Positions 36,377 to 45,305 of a stretch of DNA of 64,000 nt are shown here, one piece after another. Every line of letters begins with the position of its first letter. Position 1 is the first letter of the stretch. Under the pieces are notes generated by a model. That model was not told the DNA's origin, made no database searches, and saw nothing but the letters and a program-made list of their open reading frames with translations. A program made the position numbers and the translations under genes. Source of the stretch: Desulfobacteraceae bacterium. Lineage in GTDB: Bacteria > Desulfobacterota > Desulfobacteria > Desulfobacterales > Desulfosalsimonadaceae. Where the stretch lies: positions 28,839-92,838 of the forward strand of contig JAABUA010000002.1 in the NCBI GenBank assembly GCA_011389515.1. Direction: 5' to 3'.

Positions 36377-38155
36377 ATGTCGAGACCTGAAGCGAAGCAT
36401 TCTGGTTCGAACCAGAGGGTCGGAAACAATCCTGCGACAGCGGATTCTACATCCGCACCCCACCAGGAGTCCGTCCGCTTTTATCACCGCCGCCTGAAAC
36501 AAGGCATCCTCCTCTGTCTTCTGATAACCTACCTGATCCCTATTGTTGCTATAACAGCATATTTTAATTATAAATTTAATTCAAATATGCGGGAAAGCAG
36601 CAAGCTGCAGCTCACGGCGGTGGCCGAAAGCCAGAGAAACACGATCGATCTTTTCATGCAAAAGCGGATCGTAAACGTGTTCAATCTCTTTCACATGAAA
36701 GGATTTTCCCTGGAGCCATCGCGGGACGATATGCATGCATACCTGGAAAACCTCATACGGTCCGATGATGCATTCGTGGATGTGGGACTGATCAATCCGG
36801 AAGGGATACAGGCGGGATATGCCGGGCCGTATCCCCACCTGCGCGGCAAGGATTACAGTGAGGAAAAATGGTATACCGACCTGGTCCGTCAGCCGGAAAG
36901 CTATATTGTTACGGACCTTTACCTGGGGCTGCGCAAACATCCTCATTTTACCATCGGGGTCAAGCAGTTGATGGATGGCGATTATTACGTGATCCGAACC
37001 AGTGTCTACCCGGACAAGCTGGAAGATTTTCTGCGTGCGATCAATCACAGCAAGCAGGCACGAGGATTTCTGGTGAACCGGGAAGGGATTTATCAGGTTG
37101 TCGTCCCTGAATTCGGAACATTGCTGGAGCCTGCCCCGTATGCCCCGGAAGCGGGAAGCCAAGCCGATGTGGGAGTAATAAAAGTAAACGGCAACTCCAT
37201 GCTGGCGGCCCACACCTGGCTGAAGGAAGTCCCGTGGTGCCTGGTGATGCTGCAGCCGGAAGCCGTCGCTTTCGAGGAGATGTATGTCATCAGAAATACC
37301 ATGATCATCGGTGCTGCCATTTTGGTGCTGGTGATCATGGTATTTATATGGATTGTCGTCAACCGGCTGTTCAGTCGGGCGCAGGCCGTGGAAGAGGAAA
37401 AGGTGGAGCTCAAAAGCCAGTTGTACCATGCGCATAAACTGGTTTCCGTCGGCCAGCTCGCGGGCGGTGTGGCCCATGAGATCAATAACCCCCTGGCCAT
37501 TATTGAATCGGAAGCTGGTATCATACGGGATATGCTCGACCCGGAATTGGGACTGGAGGCTTCTCCGGATGCGATCGTAAAAGAGCTCGATGAAATTGAC
37601 AAGGCGGTCAACCGGGCAAAGGGGATTACCCAGAAAATATTGAGCTTTGTTCGCAAAACCGATCCGAAACTGGTGGAATCCGATATCAACCAATTGCTTG
37701 AGGAAGTCGTATCCGGCGTCAAGGAGCAGGAGTTCAAGGTCTCGGACATCCGCCTTGTAAAGGAGTTTGATCCCGCTCTGCCAAAACTGCAGCTGGATCC
37801 CGATCTCATGCGGCAGGTTTTTCTCAACCTGCTCAACAATGCCAGTGACGCGGTCGACAAGGGGGATACCATTACCTTGAAAACGGAAACCGAAAAAGGT
37901 TTCGTAAAAATCATCGTGGCCGATACGGGAAAAGGGCTGAGTGCAGACCAGCTTGAAAAAATTTTCATGCCGTTTTTTACCACCAAGAAAGTGGGAAAAG
38001 GGACCGGGCTTGGCCTCCCCATCAGCCTGAATATCGTCGAGGGTTTTGGCGGTCGTATCACGGTTGAAAGCACACCGGGCACGGGAACGGCTTTTACGAT
38101 CTTTTTGCCGGCAGCAGGCAGAGGCGGGACGAGTCGCGGGGAGGGCGAAAACTGA
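36377..38155 (+). CDS. Sensor histidine kinase with a Cache/PDC-like periplasmic domain, module 2
   Basis: Paralogue of 30844-32601 (..VTDLYLGLRKHPHFTIGV..ARGFLVNREGIYQ..). H-box [11 protein letters not shown]; LLNNASDA, DTGKGL, GTGLGLP. Confidence 0.9.
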   Translation: MSRPEAKHSGSNQRVGNNPATADSTSAPHQESVRFYHRRLKQGILLCLLITYLIPIVAITAYFNYKFNSNMRESSKLQLTAVAESQRNTIDLFMQKRIVNVFNLFHMKGFSLEPSRDDMHAYLENLIRSDDAFVDVGLINPEGIQAGYAGPYPHLRGKDYSEEKWYTDLVRQPESYIVTDLYLGLRKHPHFTIGVKQLMDGDYYVIRTSVYPDKLEDFLRAINHSKQARGFLVNREGIYQVVVPEFGTLLEPAPYAPEAGSQADVGVIKVNGNSMLAAHTWLKEVPWCLVMLQPEAVAFEEMYVIRNTMIIGAAILVLVIMVFIWIVVNRLFSRAQAVEEEKVELKSQLYHAHKLVSVGQLAGGVAHEINNPLAIIESEAGIIRDMLDPELGLEASPDAIVKELDEIDKAVNRAKGITQKILSFVRKTDPKLVESDINQLLEEVVSGVKEQEFKVSDIRLVKEFDPALPKLQLDPDLMRQVFLNLLNNASDAVDKGDTITLKTETEKGFVKIIVADTGKGLSADQLEKIFMPFFTTKKVGKGTGLGLPISLNIVEGFGGRITVESTPGTGTAFTIFLPAAGRGGTSRGEGEN

Positions 38156-38302
38156 CTTGCGGCGATCTGCAGGCAGATGCCGGCGCATGCATACCATCCG
38201 CGCAAAAGTGGTCAATGGGAAAATATATAGAACATATATAAAAAGGATATGGGTTTATGAACAGATACGATGTAAAACAAATTTATCAAAAGGGAGGGTA
38301 AC

Positions 38303-40348
38303 GTGACTGAAAACGGAAAACCTGCAATGGATGAAAAACCGAAAATCCTGTTGGTGGATGACGAGGATCAGTTTCGGAGCGCCATGTCCAAGAGACTTTC
38401 GGTCCGTGGATACGACGTTATGGACATCGATAACGGCGAAGATGCCATAAAGATCGTGCGCCATGAAAATCCGGAAGTGGTTATACTGGACCAGAAAATG
38501 CCGGATATGGACGGCATCCAGACGCTTCGGGAACTGAAAAAAATCCGGCCGGAAGTACAGGTTATTATGCTCACCGGACACGGCAGCATTGAATCGGCGC
38601 GCTTTACAGGGAAACATGACATTTTTGCCTATATGCAAAAACCCGCCCCGATCGAGGACATGATTGAAAAGATCGAGGGGGCCCGCCAGGAATACCGGTA
38701 TGCCATGGCCCGCCAGGAAATCCCGCACATTGAAGAGCCAAGCCTTAAAAACTGGCTTATCGGTGTGCAGGGGAGGCGCCCCGGGATCATGATCATCGGC
38801 CTGCTTTTATTTGCCATGATGTATTTCATACCGCCAACGGACCGCTTGCTGGAGATGCTTTCCGCACAAAAGGGGGGGGCGCAGGACGAACTGATCATGG
38901 GATACGCGGAGTACCGGAGCCTGGGAGAAGGGCAGACGCCGTCAGAGCATTACGCCAGAACGGCCCGTTTAAATTATGAAGAGGGCCAGGTAGAATATGT
39001 GGTGGCCCAAAAAGCCAAGATTATGCTTGGCGTGCTTATGGTGGCGGCCCTTTTCTGGGCGACCGGTGCCGTGCCGATCGGGATTGCGGCCCTTCTGGTG
39101 GGCGTTTTGATGTACTGGTTCGCGGTCCTGCCCCCCAACGGGGTGGCAAAGGCATATGCAACGGATGCCGTGTTTTTCATATTCGGCGTTCTTGCCATGT
39201 CCACGGCCATATCCAAAACAGGCCTTGACCGGCGCATCGGGATTCTGCTTCTGAAACCCAGCACAAACATGCTGCGCCTGTGCCTGATTTTTGCCCCCAT
39301 GGTGGCCGTAACCGCCTCGTTTCTCTCAGAGCATGCCATTATTGCCTTTATTGCGCCGGTGTTCATGATGGTATACATGGGCGCGGTCAAGGTGGGCAAT
39401 GTGGGCAAGGACAAGGCGTTGGTGCTCATGATGATGCTGACGCTCAACTATGCCTGCAACGTGGGCGGGCCCGGATCGCCCGCAGCCGGCGGCAGAAACG
39501 TCATCATGATCGGTTTTTTAAGGGACTACGGCATTGAGCTGACCTTCGGCCAGTGGGTCATGTACGGCCTGCCCTTTGTTCCGGTAATGGCGATTATTAT
39601 TGGCGCTTACTGGTATTTGTGGGGCCGCAACAAGATGGTGGTCAAAAATCTCAATGTTTCGGATGCGGTCAAGCGCGAATCCGATAAAATCGGTAAAATG
39701 ACCACCGATGAATACAAAACCGCTGTGGTGCTGGTACTGCTGATTCTCGCATGGTCTGCGCTGTCCGGTATTTTCGGCATGGGCGGGCCGGTCATTCTCG
39801 CACTGGTAGCCCTAAACATCCTGGGGATTCTGCGGTGGAAAGATGTCGCCAGCATTCACTGGGAAGTCGTATTCCTGTATGCCGCAGCAAGCGCCATGGG
39901 GTACGGTCTGGCCATCACCGGTGCGGCAATGTGGATCGCAGACATGTTCGTGGACGCTCTGCCGGCGGTGCTGACCAGCTCCGGAGCCGGCCTGAGCATT
40001 GCCGTATCGGCTTTTGTTGGTGTACTGACCAACTTCATGAGCGACGGTGCGGCTGTTGCATCCATCGGACCTGTTGTGATTCCCATGGCCACGATGGCCG
40101 GCGCCTCTCCTGTCATGGTGGGGCTTGCAACCTCCTTTGCATCGTCATTTGCCCATGCCATGGTTATCGGAACGCCGAACAACGCCATTATTTTCGCCTT
40201 GGCCAAAGATTATGAAACCGGCGAACAGTTGATCACCGTATCGGATTTTTTCAAGCATGGCATCATCATTCTGTTGCTGTCCCTGCTCGTGATGTGGTTT
40301 TTTGTCATACTGGGATACTGGCGGTTCCTGCCGTTCGCCATGGGATAA
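38303..40348 (+). CDS. REC receiver domain fused to a DASS/SLC13-type anion permease, module 2
   Basis: One uninterrupted 681-codon ORF. REC signature: D19/D20 (LLVDDED), D63 (VVILDQKMPDMDG), T91 (IMLTGHG), K113 (YMQKP). TM at about aa 160-177. The permease body has NVGGPGSPAAGGRN and VIGTPNNAIIFAL hairpin motifs. GTG start after GGGAGGG; alternative ATG at 38327. Confidence 0.85.
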   Translation: MTENGKPAMDEKPKILLVDDEDQFRSAMSKRLSVRGYDVMDIDNGEDAIKIVRHENPEVVILDQKMPDMDGIQTLRELKKIRPEVQVIMLTGHGSIESARFTGKHDIFAYMQKPAPIEDMIEKIEGARQEYRYAMARQEIPHIEEPSLKNWLIGVQGRRPGIMIIGLLLFAMMYFIPPTDRLLEMLSAQKGGAQDELIMGYAEYRSLGEGQTPSEHYARTARLNYEEGQVEYVVAQKAKIMLGVLMVAALFWATGAVPIGIAALLVGVLMYWFAVLPPNGVAKAYATDAVFFIFGVLAMSTAISKTGLDRRIGILLLKPSTNMLRLCLIFAPMVAVTASFLSEHAIIAFIAPVFMMVYMGAVKVGNVGKDKALVLMMMLTLNYACNVGGPGSPAAGGRNVIMIGFLRDYGIELTFGQWVMYGLPFVPVMAIIIGAYWYLWGRNKMVVKNLNVSDAVKRESDKIGKMTTDEYKTAVVLVLLILAWSALSGIFGMGGPVILALVALNILGILRWKDVASIHWEVVFLYAAASAMGYGLAITGAAMWIADMFVDALPAVLTSSGAGLSIAVSAFVGVLTNFMSDGAAVASIGPVVIPMATMAGASPVMVGLATSFASSFAHAMVIGTPNNAIIFALAKDYETGEQLITVSDFFKHGIIILLLSLLVMWFFVILGYWRFLPFAMG

Positions 40349-40460
40349 TCGTGACGGCAAATAAAAAACCGCTTGACATGCACATGGGTCTTTCCGGACA
40401 ATTGTGATATTTGGAAAGACCCATTCGCATGGCGGATTTCTCCTGGAGGAAGTATTTGTT

Positions 40461-40949
40461 TTGAATGACAAAAAGATTAATGTGTTGCTGGTGGATGACG
40501 AGGAAGCCCTGCTTGATTCCATGCGCCGCCGGTTGCAGTTCCGCGATTTCAACGTGATTGCGGCCAGCAGCGGGAAAAAGGCACTGGAGATTGCACGCGA
40601 GAATCCGGTGGACGTGGCTATCGTTGACATCAAAATGCCCGGAATGAGCGGCCGGGATGTGCTTTTGGCACTCAAGGAAGAATATCCATGGGTGGAGGTC
40701 ATCATTCTGACCGGGCACGGCTCGTTCAGCCCCGAGGAAGAAGGAATCGCGGAAAAAATGCATTCCTGCCTGGGAAAGCCTTGTGATCTGGCGACCCTGC
40801 AGCAGGTGTTGACCGATGCATACAAGAAAACCGTAATGAACCGCCGGGAAATTGCGCCGCAGGAGATGGATGCGATGCTGAACAGCGCTGAAAAAAAATC
40901 CCCGGATGCGGTATTGAAGCAATTAAAAGAACTGGATGTCGATCGTTAG
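40461..40949 (+). CDS. Single-domain response regulator (REC plus helical tail)
   Basis: TTG start 9 nt after GGAGGAA. VLLVDDEEAL, VAIVDIKMPGMSG, IILTGHG and a Lys in CLGKP. Confidence 0.75.
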   Translation: MNDKKINVLLVDDEEALLDSMRRRLQFRDFNVIAASSGKKALEIARENPVDVAIVDIKMPGMSGRDVLLALKEEYPWVEVIILTGHGSFSPEEEGIAEKMHSCLGKPCDLATLQQVLTDAYKKTVMNRREIAPQEMDAMLNSAEKKSPDAVLKQLKELDVDR

Positions 40950-40979
40950 TTGAAACCCGAATGTAACGGAGGTTTGAAA

Positions 40980-41534
40980 ATGGAGTCGATTGCAGTCAAG
41001 GATATGATGATCCCGCTGGAGGACTATGCAACCGTATCCGAGGATGCCACTTTGGCAGAGGCGGTTTTCGCTTTGGAGGATGCCCAGAGCCATTTCGACC
41101 AGAACCGCTACCAGCACAGGGCGATTCTGGTGTATGACAGAAGCAAAAAGATTGTGGGAAAGCTCAGTCAACTCGACGTATTAAAGGCCCTTGAGCCGAA
41201 GTATACAGGGGCGGGTAATTTCGAGGAACTTGACCAGTTCGGGATCAATGCGGATTATATACGAGATCTTATCGATGAACTGGGTCTTTTGAAAAATCCG
41301 GTGCAGGATATCTGCCGCAAGGCGGCAGCGGTCAAGGTAAAAAATGTCATGTATACCCCGACAAAAGGGGAGATTGTCTCCGAGACGGCAACCCTCAACG
41401 AGGCAATCATCCAGTTGCTGGTGGGAAAGCACCAGTCGCTTTTGGTGACCCGGGAAAAAGAGATTGTGGGGATATTACGGTTGACCGACGTGTTCAAAAA
41501 GGTCACCGACATGATCAAGGCCTGTAAAATCTAA
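40980..41534 (+). CDS. CBS-pair domain protein
   Basis: Start trimmed to ATG 40980 (GGAGG RBS). VKDMMIPLEDYATVSEDATLAEA... and VKNVMYTPTKGEIVSETATLNEA...LLV are two CBS repeats. Confidence 0.8.
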   Translation: MESIAVKDMMIPLEDYATVSEDATLAEAVFALEDAQSHFDQNRYQHRAILVYDRSKKIVGKLSQLDVLKALEPKYTGAGNFEELDQFGINADYIRDLIDELGLLKNPVQDICRKAAAVKVKNVMYTPTKGEIVSETATLNEAIIQLLVGKHQSLLVTREKEIVGILRLTDVFKKVTDMIKACKI

Positions 41535-41542
41535 CGCGCGTA

Positions 41543-41590
41543 TTTTTTGCCGGCAGGGGGAGTCATGCATGTTTGCCCCTGCCGGTTTTT
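41543..41590 (+). terminator. Intrinsic terminator of the plus-strand operon (hairpin shared with the convergent operon)
   Basis: CCGGCAGGGG-16 nt-CCCCTGCCGG followed by TTTTT on the + strand. On the minus strand the same hairpin is followed by an A-run, so it is canonical only for the + direction. Confidence 0.7.
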
Positions 41591-41595
41591 CCCGG

Positions 41596-42027
41596 TTATC
41601 TGCCCCGCGTGGTGATTTCTTTTATTTGCGCTTCAATGATCTTTTCTTCCTGTTTTCTCTTTTTCGCAGCGGCTTCTGTTGTTTTGCTCACAAGCAAATC
41701 GATATCGCAGGGCTTCATCAGGTAATCAAAAGCCCCTTTTTTCATACCCTCGATGGCGGATTCGACCGTTGCATGGCCGGTGAGCATAATGACTTCCTTT
41801 AGCGGATGATGCGTTTTAATTTCTTTGAGGGTCTCGATGCCGTCCATGCCGGGCATTTTCACATCCAGCACCACCACCTCGATGTTGGGATGGGCTTTCA
41901 GTTTTTCCAGGGCTTCTCTGCCATTAAAAGCCGGAATGATATCCAGGTCCCGCCTGGTCAGCCTTTTGGTCATGGTCTCCACAAAAGGGACTTCATCATC
42001 GACCAGCAATACGGTTGCTAAAGCCAT
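41596..42027 (-). CDS. Single-domain response regulator (REC plus charged helical tail), module 3
   Basis: VLLVDDEVPF, VVVLDVKMPGMDG, VIMLTGHA and YLMKP motifs. AAGGAG RBS. Confidence 0.88.
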   Translation of the reverse strand: MALATVLLVDDEVPFVETMTKRLTRRDLDIIPAFNGREALEKLKAHPNIEVVVLDVKMPGMDGIETLKEIKTHHPLKEVIMLTGHATVESAIEGMKKGAFDYLMKPCDIDLLVSKTTEAAAKKRKQEEKIIEAQIKEITTRGR

Positions 42028-42038
42028 CTGATTCTCCT

Positions 42039-43820
42039 TTATTCTTCTTCTTGAAAACTATTGTTTACCGGCAGCACGATGCTGAATTTTGTGCCTACGT
42101 CCACTGCACTTTCAACATCGATCCTGCCGCCCATTTTCTGGACAATGCCGTAGCATATGGAAAGCCCCAGCCCGGTACCCCTGCCGACCTGTTTGGTAGT
42201 GAAAAACGGGTCGAAAATACGGTTCAGGTTGCTTTCGGGAATCCCCGGCCCGTTATCCTGTATGGTGATCGTAATCCATTCATCTTCCGCTTTTGTGCTG
42301 ATATCGAGCCGCCCGCCTTTTTTTTCCATGGCATCAATAGCATTGTTGATGATATTCATCAGCACCTGCTGCATTTCCGTAGCCGAGGCCTGTATGTCCG
42401 GGAGGTCGGGCTCGAGCTGCGTATGGACGTCCACACTGGCGTACCTGGATTTTTGTGAGGAGAGGGAGACGACCTCTTCAATAAGGTCATTCAGTTGAAT
42501 GGCATGCACTCTCGAATCGGTTTTTCGCGCAAAACTGAGCAGTTTATGGGTGATCTCCTTGCAGCGTATCCCCTGGGTGCCGATCTGTGCCAGGGCACGC
42601 TGGAATTCCTGAAGGTTATCTTTTTTATCAATGCCTTCCTCCAGCAGGTCTTGAATCCAGCCGGCCTCTTCCACCATGATGGCCACCGGGTTATTGATTT
42701 CATGGGCGATTCCAGCCGCAAGCTCACCGATGGTTGCCAGCTTTCCGGTTTCAACGATCTGTTTGTTCATCATTTCCTTTTCGGAATCAACCCTTGCAAT
42801 GCGCTTTTCCATCTGCCTGGAAAGAAGAAACGCAACCATGATGATGCCAAGTGTGCCTATAAAGAGGATAAGGGCCGCGATTTTTTGCGTACGGTTCAGC
42901 TTAGCATAGGCATCGTCCGCCTCTTGCTGGAAAATCAGGAGCCACTCGTTTCCCTTGAGAAAGGCGGCGACAATAATGATATTCCGGTCGAGGGAACCGG
43001 TTTTTTCAACGGTGATAACCGGGTCGACAACTTCTCCGCTTCCCGAATCCCATCCTTTGATAACCGGGAAAACAAGCCAGTCTATCACTTCTGTGGACGC
43101 AATTCCCCTGTTGTATCCCCTTTCAAACAAATTGAGATACTGCTCCTTGGACAGCTTGGCATCTCTGGGGGGGCGCGTCTGGAAGTCTCCCTGCCGGTTG
43201 AGGATGAATGCCGACCCGGTTTCCCCCACCGTAAGGTTTTCAACCAGGATATTAAAGGCATGAAAATCAATGGTGGCACGCAGTATCCAGTGTGCACCGT
43301 CATCCGCCGTCATCCTCGTGGATACAATAAAGTGCGGCTGGTCCCGCAGTCCCAGAAATACGTCGCTGATGTAGTGCTTTTTGTTGATCGCCTCCGTGAA
43401 CCATGCCGCATCTCCGTAAAACGCCGCTTCAAGCCGGAACGGACCGGCATAGGCCATTTGCTGCCCCTGTTGGTTGATCAATCCCAGGTCAACAAATACG
43501 GTGCTGTATTCATCCTGCAGGATGTTCAAGCGTTCCTTTAAAAACCGTTCATCCGTGAAGGCCTCCAGTTCAAAACTTCTGGAAAGATGCCGTATATCGC
43601 TCAGCTTTTCCTGGAGAAAAAAATCGATGTTGTGCTTGTGTTTCAGCACCATCTCCTCCAGGTGGGCATTGACCATCTCGTGGGAGAAAGCGTTGAAGCG
43701 GTAAAGAATGATGCCGGTTACAAGGATCAGGGGCGCAAGGGATACAACGATAACAATCATCGCCACCCGTCGGGAGATGTTTTTGTAATAGGCATCGTCA
43801 TGTTTTCTGTCTTGGGTCAT
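42039..43820 (-). CDS. Sensor histidine kinase with a Cache/PDC-like periplasmic domain, module 3
   Basis: Paralogue of the module 1 and 2 kinases (..[32 protein letters not shown]..). H-box [11 protein letters not shown]; [21 protein letters not shown]. Confidence 0.9.
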   Translation of the reverse strand: MTQDRKHDDAYYKNISRRVAMIVIVVSLAPLILVTGIILYRFNAFSHEMVNAHLEEMVLKHKHNIDFFLQEKLSDIRHLSRSFELEAFTDERFLKERLNILQDEYSTVFVDLGLINQQGQQMAYAGPFRLEAAFYGDAAWFTEAINKKHYISDVFLGLRDQPHFIVSTRMTADDGAHWILRATIDFHAFNILVENLTVGETGSAFILNRQGDFQTRPPRDAKLSKEQYLNLFERGYNRGIASTEVIDWLVFPVIKGWDSGSGEVVDPVITVEKTGSLDRNIIIVAAFLKGNEWLLIFQQEADDAYAKLNRTQKIAALILFIGTLGIIMVAFLLSRQMEKRIARVDSEKEMMNKQIVETGKLATIGELAAGIAHEINNPVAIMVEEAGWIQDLLEEGIDKKDNLQEFQRALAQIGTQGIRCKEITHKLLSFARKTDSRVHAIQLNDLIEEVVSLSSQKSRYASVDVHTQLEPDLPDIQASATEMQQVLMNIINNAIDAMEKKGGRLDISTKAEDEWITITIQDNGPGIPESNLNRIFDPFFTTKQVGRGTGLGLSICYGIVQKMGGRIDVESAVDVGTKFSIVLPVNNSFQEEE

Positions 43821-43852
43821 ATTGGTATCCAGATCGTAGATTTTTTATTGTG

Positions 43853-45274
43853 TTACGGCAAAATCTCAATGGTTGGATACAATCCCTTATTGGCCCCTTC
43901 CGGATACGGCTGGATGATATTGTATGAAATGATCTGGCTCTGCTGGGCATGCCCCATTTTTTCCCTGCCGTCGAAATACGCGCCGTTGGCTTCAAGAATG
44001 TGCTCGATTCGGTGCCTGAACGCGTCGGCAAAGTTTTTTCCGCTTCCTTTGAAGTGCATCCGGCCCCTGGTAAATTCGCCGTCTATAGCGGCAATTTCCG
44101 CCAACGGGATGCTGTTTTGATCCACGTCGTCCTGGTTCCGGATAAACCCCCAGACGACGCTTGATGGGGCAATCGTCACGGCTTCGGCAAGGTCAATGAT
44201 CGTATGGGGCATGATAATACTGTTTTCTCCGATTTTCAATTGAAACCCGTCTGCCCCCCGGAGAAACGAATTAAACCCGACAAACACGTTTTCACCCAGA
44301 TGGGCATGGATGATTTTTGCCCCGTGCGCGGTTACGTCGTACCCTGAAAGGTGCGAGTCTATGATAAAACAGTTTTCCTGGGCATTGGCGCCTTTTCCCA
44401 TGTATGAATTCTTAACATATGCTCGCTGGGAAATCAGGACGTTCTCTTTGATGCGAACTTTCGGTTTTACAACGGCATACCGGCTCAGGGATGCGGAATC
44501 CGGAATTACGCCGAAACTTTCAAGATTGAATGCATCGAATATGCGCTGGAAATCTTCCTTGCGGTCTTCCACAAAATCCATGAATATGCCCTTCGGCATT
44601 CCTCCCGGTTCAAACCGGATATAGTTTTGGAGGATTTCCGGGTCGTGACGGTAGTGAAAATCAAACGCACCCGCAGCGGAAATCCATATGGTGCCCGCCG
44701 GCACCTGGTGATGGGCCAGTTCTTTTTTCTGGAGATATACGAACTCACCGATGACGCAGTCGTGCAGGGTGGTGAGGTCGACCGTGCTGAAAGGGCCCAG
44801 AAAGCATCCTTCCACGTCGGAGCCGTGGATATTGGCATAATGCGTTGATACGGTGTTGTAGATGGTGAATTCCTCTGGATGCTCGGGATCGTGGGAATTG
44901 TTGTGGACCAGGGTTTTCACCAGGCAGCTGTTTTTGATGTGGATGGTTTCATCTTCATGAAGTGGGACGGCAAACCCTTCGTAGTGGAAAATGTCCCCTT
45001 TCCGCTTCAGTTCATCTCCCCGTATATCGCTTTTATACAAAATGGAATCGGATACGTGGCATTTGCCGAGGAAGTAGCTCCCGGCCAGATTGGAACGGGA
45101 AAAATAAAAATTCGGCGGGTATTGAGGTGCAATACCGTAAAATGCGTAAAATTTGACCATCTGCTCCCAGGGAACCAGCCCCTCGATATAGGGGGCAGCA
45201 TCGAACAAGGGCTCCCGAAGATTGATATTGACGCGCTGGATGATTCGTTCCAGCAGCTCCTGTAATTGTTCCAT
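43853..45274 (-). CDS. Hypothetical protein with a left-handed beta-helix-like core (473 aa), function unknown
   Basis: AAGGAG RBS. Hexapeptide-like periodicity in ..IKENVLISQRAYVKNSYMGKGANAQENCFIIDSHLSGYDVTAHGAKIIHAHLGENVFVGFNSFL.. No catalytic family recognised. Confidence 0.6.
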   Translation of the reverse strand: MEQLQELLERIIQRVNINLREPLFDAAPYIEGLVPWEQMVKFYAFYGIAPQYPPNFYFSRSNLAGSYFLGKCHVSDSILYKSDIRGDELKRKGDIFHYEGFAVPLHEDETIHIKNSCLVKTLVHNNSHDPEHPEEFTIYNTVSTHYANIHGSDVEGCFLGPFSTVDLTTLHDCVIGEFVYLQKKELAHHQVPAGTIWISAAGAFDFHYRHDPEILQNYIRFEPGGMPKGIFMDFVEDRKEDFQRIFDAFNLESFGVIPDSASLSRYAVVKPKVRIKENVLISQRAYVKNSYMGKGANAQENCFIIDSHLSGYDVTAHGAKIIHAHLGENVFVGFNSFLRGADGFQLKIGENSIIMPHTIIDLAEAVTIAPSSVVWGFIRNQDDVDQNSIPLAEIAAIDGEFTRGRMHFKGSGKNFADAFRHRIEHILEANGAYFDGREKMGHAQQSQIISYNIIQPYPEGANKGLYPTIEILP

Positions 45275-45305
45275 GATTCACTCCTTGGATCATTTATTTA
45301 TTGAT

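Noticed and set aside
36401-36420. tRNA T-arm-like string TGGTTCGAACCAG
   Set aside because: It lies inside the N-terminal coding region of a histidine kinase. There is no acceptor or anticodon stem context around it.
36581-38215. Long antisense ORFs: 544 aa here, and also 8111-9301, 16670-18040, 2620-3564, 42495-43541, 19040-19909, 45222-46082, 57914-58846 and many shorter ones
   Set aside because: Each lies opposite a gene with strong family motifs. Their translations are low-complexity (rich in R, G, P, H) and have no recognisable domains. They are typical shadow ORFs of moderately GC-rich coding DNA.
38257-38301. 14-codon mini-ORF (MNRYDVKQIYQKGG) ending 1 nt before the GTG start of the REC::DASS gene
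   Set aside because: It is too short and has a weak, distant RBS. It cannot be distinguished from chance without Ribo-seq or conservation data. I mention it only because it spans the permease RBS.
41543-41590. Initial reading of the 41.55 kb hairpin as a bidirectional terminator
   Set aside because: The U-tract follows the stem only on the plus strand. On the minus strand the stem is followed by an A-run. I therefore call it as a plus-strand terminator, and minus-strand termination there is uncertain.
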